64,000 bases of DNA, from the NCBI GenBank assembly GCA_963730185.1, contig CAVSQW010000015.1, positions 544,001-608,000 of the forward strand, given 5' to 3'. The notes beneath the pieces are model-generated. The model was not told where the DNA came from. It made no database searches and saw only the letters and a list, made by a program, of their open reading frames with translations. Made by a program: the position numbers and the translations under genes. Origin of the DNA: an uncultured Gemmatimonadales bacterium (GTDB taxonomy: Bacteria; Gemmatimonadota; Gemmatimonadetes; Gemmatimonadales; GWC2-71-9). Below, one piece after another: positions 57,576-64,000 of the stretch; positions within the stretch are counted from its first letter, which is position 1, and every line of letters starts with the position of its first letter.

Positions 57576-59177
57576 GTGACCGGACCGGTGCCCGAAGCCA
57601 GCGACCCGGGCGGCCGGACCTCGGCCCCGGCCGCGCTTCGCGAGGCGCTGGCCGAGCGCTACGACCTGCAGCGGTCGATCGGCCAGGGCGGCATGGCCAC
57701 GGTCTACCTGGCGAACGACCGGAAGCATCACCGCCCGGTCGCGGTCAAGGTCCTCCGGGGTGATCTCTCGGCCACCCTCGGCGCGGCGCGCTTTCTCCGC
57801 GAGGTGGAGATCGCGGCCCGGCTGCAACATCCCAACATCGTGATGCTGATCGATTCCGGCGAGGCGGCCGGGCTCCTCTACTACGTGATGCCGTTCGTGG
57901 AGGGCGAGTCGCTTCGCCAACGGCTGGACCGGGACGGTGCCTTGGCGCCCGCCGACGTGGTCCGAATCGCGGGGCAGGTCGGCGACGCCCTGGCGTACGC
58001 CCACGGACAGGGCGTGGTGCACCGCGACATCAAGCCGGAGAACATTCTCTTTTCGGCCGGGCATGCGGTGGTCGCCGACTTCGGAGTGGCCAAGGCGGTC
58101 ACCACGGCGGCCGAGCGGTCGGTCACCCGGACCGGCTACCCGGTCGGGACGGTGGGCTACATGAGCCCGGAGCAGGCCGCCGGCTTCACCGACCTCACCG
58201 CCCGCACCGACGTGTTCTCGTTGGGCACCGTCGTCTACGAGATGCTGATCGGTGAGGTCCCGGGCCACTGGCCCAGCGAGGAGGCGGGACGGCTCCGCCG
58301 GCTGCTCGAAGCCAAGCCAGAGCACCGGAAGCGCCTGGACCGGCTGCCGGGGAGCGTCGAGGCCGTGCTGGCGCAGGCGCTCCGGATGCGTCCCGAGGAC
58401 CGCTTCTCCGGTCCGGGCGAGCTCACCGCCGCCCTGGCGGCCGCGTTCGAGGCCAAACCCCGCTACAGCGAATCGCGAGCCCGCGAGATCATCGCCAGGG
58501 CGGCGGACCTCGAGGCCACCGCCCCGACCCTGACCGGTTCCCTCTCGCTCGGCGGATTGCAGCAGGTGGCCGCGGAAGCCGGGATTCCTCCCGAGCACGT
58601 CGCGGCGGCCGCCCGATCGAGCGGCGTCATGCCGGCGGAGCCCGAGCGCCCCAATCCCTTCCTGGGGTCCAGCACCAGGATCGTGGTGGAGCGGATCGTC
58701 ACCGGCGAGGTCGACGTCGACGAGTATCCCACGCTGGTCGACGAGGCCCGGATCACCGTCGGCAACGTGGGGCAGACCTCCACCCTGGGCCGGTCGCTCG
58801 CCTGGCGGTCGGTGGTGCCTTCCAATCAGGTGGGGCGGGTCGTGGCCCTGACGGTGACCCCGTCGGGGGGGCGGACCCGGATCCGGCTGGAGGAGTCGCT
58901 GGCCCCGCTGGCCGGCGGCTTTTTCGGCGGGATCATGGGTGGAGGCGGCTCCGCTGGGGTGGCCTTCTCCCTCGCGATCGGCGTCGGGGCGCTGCACGCC
59001 CCGTTGATCGGGGTCACCTTGGCCGGGTTGACGCTGACCGGAAGCTGGGGCTTGGCACGAACCCTCCTGGCGCACTATCGGCGCAAACGGGAGCGCGAGA
59101 TCGAGGGGCTCGGCGACCGGCTGGCGTCCTACGTCGCCGAGTGCGCCGGCAGGCAGAGGCGACGGCTGGGTCCCTGA
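57576..59177 (+). CDS. Hanks-type Ser/Thr kinase with C-terminal membrane domain
   Basis: IGQGGMATVY, VAVKVL, HRDIKPEN, DFG, GTVGYMSPEQ, DVFSLG, and two TM segments near the C-terminus. The start is approximate. Confidence 0.93.
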   Translation: MTGPVPEASDPGGRTSAPAALREALAERYDLQRSIGQGGMATVYLANDRKHHRPVAVKVLRGDLSATLGAARFLREVEIAARLQHPNIVMLIDSGEAAGLLYYVMPFVEGESLRQRLDRDGALAPADVVRIAGQVGDALAYAHGQGVVHRDIKPENILFSAGHAVVADFGVAKAVTTAAERSVTRTGYPVGTVGYMSPEQAAGFTDLTARTDVFSLGTVVYEMLIGEVPGHWPSEEAGRLRRLLEAKPEHRKRLDRLPGSVEAVLAQALRMRPEDRFSGPGELTAALAAAFEAKPRYSESRAREIIARAADLEATAPTLTGSLSLGGLQQVAAEAGIPPEHVAAAARSSGVMPAEPERPNPFLGSSTRIVVERIVTGEVDVDEYPTLVDEARITVGNVGQTSTLGRSLAWRSVVPSNQVGRVVALTVTPSGGRTRIRLEESLAPLAGGFFGGIMGGGGSAGVAFSLAIGVGALHAPLIGVTLAGLTLTGSWGLARTLLAHYRRKREREIEGLGDRLASYVAECAGRQRRRLGP

Positions 59178-59235
59178 TCGGGGTCGGGAACGGCCGGCCC
59201 TCAAGCGGCGCCCCGGCCGGCCCGATACTTCAGCC

Positions 59236-62200
59236 ATGTCGATTCATCGCGCGCCCCTCGAGTCTGGGGAGGTCGAGCGAGTGAGTCGGGCCGGTTCGCC
59301 GCCCGACGAGGCCGGGCGGATCGGGTTGCTCGAATCGCTCGAGATCCTCGACACCGAGGCGGAGCCTGCCTTCGACGAGCTCGCCACCCTCGCCGCGGAC
59401 CTCTGCGACGCTCCGATCGCGCTCGTGAGTCTGGTCGACCGCGAGCGCCAGTGGTCCAAGGCGCGGATCGGGACGGACTCCTGCGGTACCTCGCGCGATG
59501 ATGCCTTCTGCGCCCACGCCATCCTCCACCACGGGCTGATCTTCGAGATCGAGGACGCCACCCAGGACCCCCGCTTCGCCGACAACCCGCTGGTGACCGG
59601 CCCGATGGGCGGTCCGGTTCTATGCCGGCCTGCCGCTGGTCGTCCAAGGGCACGCGATCGGCACCCTTTGCGTCATCGACCGTCGACCCCGGCGGCTCGA
59701 TCCCGACCAGCGGCGGCGGCTGACCCTGCTGGCCCGGCAGGTGGTTCGGGAGATCGAGTACCGGGCGGCGGAGTCCCGAAGCAGGGAGCTCACCGATACG
59801 ATCCAGGACGTGTTCTGGGTCACCGCGTCGGACCAGAAGCGGCTGATCTACGTCAGCCCGGCGTACCAGGCCGTCTTCGGCCGACCCACCGCCGAGCTGG
59901 TGGCGACGCCCGAGGTTTGGCTCGAGGCCGTCCACCCGGACGATCGACCGCGAGTGACCGCGTCGATCCCCGAACAGGCGAACGGGCCGTTCGAGCAGGA
60001 ATTCCGGATCGTGCGACCGGGCGGCGAGGTCCGCTGGGTCCAGACCCGGTCGTTTCCGGTCCGGGACGCGGGCGGCCGGACTATCCGGATCATCGGCATC
60101 ACCCGCGACGTCACGGCGCGCTGCGAGTCCGACCAGCAGCTGGTGCAGCGGAAGGCCGAGCTGCAGCTGGCGCTCGAGGCCGCCCGGCTCGCCGCCTGGA
60201 CCTGCGACGTGACCACCGGCGCGCTCCGGTGGAGCGCCGACGCCCCGACGGTGCTCGGGGTCCCGGCCGACGACCTGGGGGAGCACGCCGACGACTTCTT
60301 CGCCCTGCTGGCCCCCGGGGACGTCGACCGGGTCAGGCGGGTTACGATCGACGGCTCGGGAGGGACCCCGACCTACGAGGTGGAGTTCCGGGTGCCGGGT
60401 GCCGCCGGCGGTCCCCGGCGGATCGCGGCCACCGGACGCTTGATCCGCGACGGCCGCGGCACCCTGATGTCGCTCGGGGTGATCCAGGACGTGACCGCCC
60501 GCCGGGCCGCGGAGGACCAGCTCCAGCGAAAGACGGCGCTGCTGGCGGCGATTCGTCGGGCCCACGCCCGGTACCTGGAGCGGCACGGGGAGCGGCAGGC
60601 CTTCGACGAGATCCTCGAGGCCTTGCTCCGACTCACGGGCAGCCGCTACGGGGTCGTGGCCGAGGTGGAACCGGGGCCGGACGGGAGGGACCGGATGGTC
60701 CCGGGCCTGGCGACGATCGGCTCCTGGGACACGGAGGCCCAGGCCTACGATCATCGAGAGGTGCTCGGTCCCGGTCTGGCGGTGATGGAATCGCTCCTGG
60801 AACGGGTGCTGACGACCGGGGAGCGAACCCTCATGGCCTCGCTACCGCCGCCGGCCGGCCTGCTCGGCAACTTCGCCGGCTTTCCCATCCGCCTGGCCGG
60901 GGTGCTCGTTGGCGTGGTCGGCCTCGCGAACCGGGAAGGTGGCTACCAGGCCGACCTGAGCGACGAGCTCGCCCCGCTCCTGGTCACCGCGGCCCAGCTG
61001 ATCGACGCCCGACGGACCGAGGCGGAGCGATCTCGGGCGGCGGCCGATCGGGCCATGTTCTTCTCGCTGGTCGAGAACAGCGCCGACTTCGTGGGGATGA
61101 CGGGACTCGACGGCCGGGTGCTCTACGTCAATCCGGCGGGCCGCCGGCTGATCGGTCTGCCGCCGGATGCTCCGTTGGAGCAGGTCGACGTCGCCCAGTT
61201 CTTCACGCCGGAGAGCGCCCGGCAGCTCGAGGCCGAGGTGCTGCCCGCGGTGCAGGCGACCGGCCGGTGGCACGGTGAGGTCACCGTTCGCCAAGCCGGC
61301 ACCGGCGAACTCGTCCCGGTGCACGCCAGCCGGTTTCTGGTCCAGAATCCGGGGCCGGACGAGTCCTTCTGCATCGCGACCACGATGCGCGACGTCCGGG
61401 CCCAGAAGGAGCACGAGCGCGAGCTGGTGGAGGCGAAGGAGGCCGCCGAAGCCGGGACCCGGGCCAAGAGCGAGTTCCTGGCCACGATGAGCCACGAGAT
61501 CCGGACCCCGATGAACGGGGTGCTCGGATTCGCCCGGCTGCTGGCGGAGACCGCCCTCGACGGCGAACAGGCCGACTACGTCGAACGGCTCCAGCGTTCG
61601 GGCGCCGGGTTGCTCCAGATCATCAATGAAGTGCTCGACTTCTCGAAGATCGAGGCCGGACGGCTCGAAGTGTCGGCGGAGCCGTTCGCCGTGATGCCCT
61701 TGGTGGAGGAGACGGTGGGACTCCTGGCCCGGGAAGGGGAGGCGCAGGGCCTCCGCCTCGGCGTTCGCGGCGGCGCCGGGTGTCGAGGCCTGGTCGTGGC
61801 CGACCCGGGCCGGGTTCGCCAGGTCCTCCTCAACCTGGTCGGGAACGCGCTCAAGTTCACCGAGCGGGGCAGCGTGGTGGTCGGAGTCGACGACGCCGGC
61901 GACCGCGAGGTCATGATCCGGGTCACCGATACCGGGATCGGCATTCCGGTGGAGAAGCAGTCGCTCCTGTTTGCCGAGTTCTCCCAGGTCGACGCCTCCA
62001 CCTCCCGGCGGCACGGTGGCACCGGCCTCGGCCTCGCGATCTCCCGGCGCCTGGTCGAGGCCATGAACGGCCGGATCGGGATGACCAGCGAGCCCGGACT
62101 CGGTTCCTGTTTCTGGTTCACCCTTCCCCGGGATCTCGAGCCGGTGGAGGCGATACCGAAGCGCCGGCCTGGTGCGGCGCTCCGCGCCGAGCTGCTCCTG

Positions 62201-63031
62201 GTCACCGACGACGAGTTCGCCCGGACGGAACTCTCCGGACAGATCCAGGCGTGGCGCCTCCCGTATCGACACGTGCCGAGCTTGGCGGCGGCCGCCGAGG
62301 TCCTCCGCGGCCCCCCGCCGGCCGAGGGGCGCGTGGTCTTGGTGGACAGCAACCTCCCGGACGCCCTCCGGCTTGGCCGGGGGATCGCCGACGAGGTCGG
62401 ACCGCACCAGCCCCTGATCCTGATCGGCCGGCGGAGTGGGGCCCCGTCGGACCAGGAGCTGCGCGATGCCGGATTCTCGGGCCGGGTGCCGGACGCGTTG
62501 ATCCGTCCCTCGGACCTCCTCGATACCATCATGTTGGTTCGGCGGGCCGCCAGCGGCGGGGGGGCCGAGGCCGCCGCCGGGGCCGTCGCGGTGCGGCGGC
62601 CCGCCGACCGCCCTCAGCTCCAAGTGCTGGTGGTCGAGGACAACGCGGTGAACCAGCTGCTGGCCCGCCGGATGCTGGAGCGGTTGGGCTGCGCCGTGGC
62701 GGTGGCGAACGACGGCGAGCAGGCCGTGGCGGTCGTCCAGGAGGGCGAGTTCGACCTGGTCTTCATGGATTGCCAGATGCCGGTGGTCGACGGCTACCAG
62801 GCGACGGGGATGATCCGGGCCTGGGAAGAAGGTCGCCTGTCCCCGGGCGACCGGCCCTTGCCCATCATCGCGCTCACCGCCAACGCCCTCCGGGGTGATC
62901 GGGAGCGCTGTCTCGCCGCCGGCATGAGCGATTATCTGGCCAAGCCGGTCGTGCCGGAGGAGCTGGCAGACATGGTGGAGCGCTGGGCCCCCGGGGCGGT
63001 CTCCACCGACGCCCCAGATCACCTGAATTGA
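59236..63031 (+). CDS. Cytoplasmic hybrid histidine kinase (GAF-PAS-PAS-GAF-PAS-HisKA-HATPase-REC-REC), +1 frameshift at about 59607-59609
   Basis: GAF (LEILDT..E.AFD, RD.AFC.HAI, DPRFADNPLV) continues as VRFYAGLPL..IGTLC in the next frame. Then SEFLATMSHEIRTPMNG, NLVGNALKFT, GGTGLGL, VVEDN.VNQ, FMDCQMP. Confidence 0.9.
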
Positions 63032-63056
63032 CGGAAGCCTCGGCCCCGTCTACATT
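63028..63056 (+). promoter_or_regulatory. Sigma70 promoter of the infC-rpmI operon
   Basis: TTGACG-N17-TACATT. Confidence 0.85.
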
Positions 63057-63064
63057 TATCCAAC

Positions 63065-63198
63065 TGCAAGTGAGGGCGGGAACGCCGTCCTCCACCCCGA
63101 GCCGACGGCAGGCGACAGGGTCCCGAGCTCGCTCCGTAGTCCCGTGTGGGGGGCGGAGTCGTTCTGGACACCCCGGTTGCCCGGGGTGTTTGTGTTTC
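63065..63198 (+). ncRNA. Structured 5' leader, L20-leader-like, with terminator-like hairpin
   Basis: CCGTCCTCCAC (63085-95) pairs fully with GTGGGGGGCGG (63146-56). GACACCCCGG-TTGC-CCGGGGTGTT (63167-90) is followed by TGTGTTT. Confidence 0.6.
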
Positions 63199-63221
63199 AC
63201 CGTCTGGTGGGGAGGTCGTCG

Positions 63222-63743
63222 CTGAGCACCAACGAGCGCGAGCGAAGGGTTCGGATCAACCGCATGATCCGGATCAGCCCCGTCCGAGTCATCTCGGATT
63301 CGGGTGAGCAGTTGGGAGTGTTGCCGGTGGACGAGGCCCTGGCGATGGCGGAGGACAAGGGGCTCGACCTGGTGGAAGTGGCGCCGATGGCGCGGCCGCC
63401 CGTGGTCAAGATCATGGACTACGGGAAGTACAAGTTCGAGGAGGCCAAGGCGGCGCGCGCGGCGAAGAAGAAGCAGCACGTGATCGAGATCAAGGAGATC
63501 AAGTTCAGACCCGGGATCGACGATCACGACTTCGACTTCAAGACCCGGCACATGCGGGAGTTTCTCGAAGCGGGGAACAAGGTGAAGGTGACGATGATGT
63601 TCCGGGGCCGGCAGATGACCCGAATCGATCTGGGGAAGGCGGTCCTGGATCGGGTGGCCGAGACGCTCGCGGACATCGGCAAGATCGAATTCGACGCCCG
63701 GCTCGAAGGCCGGAACATGACGATGGTGATGGCGCCCAAGTAA
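63222..63743 (+). CDS. infC: Translation initiation factor IF-3
   Basis: RIN..IR...VRVI...GEQLG, LDLVEVAP.A.PPV.KIMDYGKYKFE, KEIKFRP.ID.HD. Probable CTG start at 63222 after GGAGG. Confidence 0.95.
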   Translation: MSTNERERRVRINRMIRISPVRVISDSGEQLGVLPVDEALAMAEDKGLDLVEVAPMARPPVVKIMDYGKYKFEEAKAARAAKKKQHVIEIKEIKFRPGIDDHDFDFKTRHMREFLEAGNKVKVTMMFRGRQMTRIDLGKAVLDRVAETLADIGKIEFDARLEGRNMTMVMAPK

Positions 63744-63799
63744 GGGACGGGAAGGGAGCGGAGTTCCCTATCCCTCCCAACGAATCACGGAGTGATGAC

Positions 63800-63994
63800 G
63801 TGCCGAAGATGAAGACCAAGCGCGCGGCCATGAAGCGGTTCCGCTTCACCGGCAGCGGCAAGATCAAGCGAAACAAGGCGAACCATCGCCACATCCTGAC
63901 CAAGAAGACGCGGAAGCGGAAGAATGGGCTCCAGAAGCCCGCTCTCGTCAGCTCGGCCGACTATCCGCGCGTGAAGCGCCTGCTCGAGGCGTAG
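63800..63994 (+). CDS. rpmI: 50S ribosomal protein bL35
   Basis: MPKMKT.RAA.KRF..TGSGKIKR..A..RHILTKK. Confidence 0.97.
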   Translation: MPKMKTKRAAMKRFRFTGSGKIKRNKANHRHILTKKTRKRKNGLQKPALVSSADYPRVKRLLEA

Positions 63995-64000
63995 GAGGAG

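Overview
A high-GC bacterial chromosome segment. The gene order, the protein families (PEP-CTERM, a CarboxypepD_reg/plug protein, an STK with an HHRPVAVKVL N-lobe) and the CCA-less tRNAs suggest Gemmatimonadota; this is an inference. Layout: (1) 1-19.9 kb is a Wzx/Wzy-type surface-polysaccharide locus with glycosyltransferases, a flippase, a polymerase/ligase, an SLBB export protein, a PglF/CapD dehydratase, two SDR epimerases and four tailoring enzymes (NodU-type carbamoyltransferase, AsnB amidotransferase, two methyltransferases). It is interrupted by a sigma54-type PEP-CTERM gene. (2) 20-26 kb holds a barrel-less plug/CarboxypepD_reg protein and a small accessory block (DoxX, short PEP-CTERM, histidine kinase, NarL regulator, two ORFans) between tRNA-Ile2(CAT) and tRNA-Val(CAC). 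(3) 26-50 kb is mostly housekeeping: hldA, Wzi-like OMP, asparaginase II, CMD, obgE (frameshifted), dprA, hemW, hrcA-dnaJ-prmA-rsmE-HIT, rpsU, mutS2, dnaG, Zn-ribbon protein, recJ, rsmD, coaD, a degenerate Pta-like protein, an RsbV/W/U partner-switch triad and rsmA. (4) 50-54.5 kb has rex with its operator, then a His/Cys-rich leader ORF ending in the ribosome-arrest motif RAPP upstream of an OM beta-barrel, ZnuA-like and ZnuB-like genes with no ATPase. This is the best candidate for an undescribed metal-sensing translational control system. (5) 54.5-64 kb has arginine deiminase, a DEDDh exonuclease, an MBL hydrolase, a Ser/Thr kinase, a frameshifted hybrid histidine kinase, and infC-rpmI with an L20-leader-like attenuator. 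Two families of strand-polarised intergenic tandem repeats and many apparently leaderless genes also occur. No CRISPR array, integrase or transposase was seen. All product calls come from motif recognition, not database searches.
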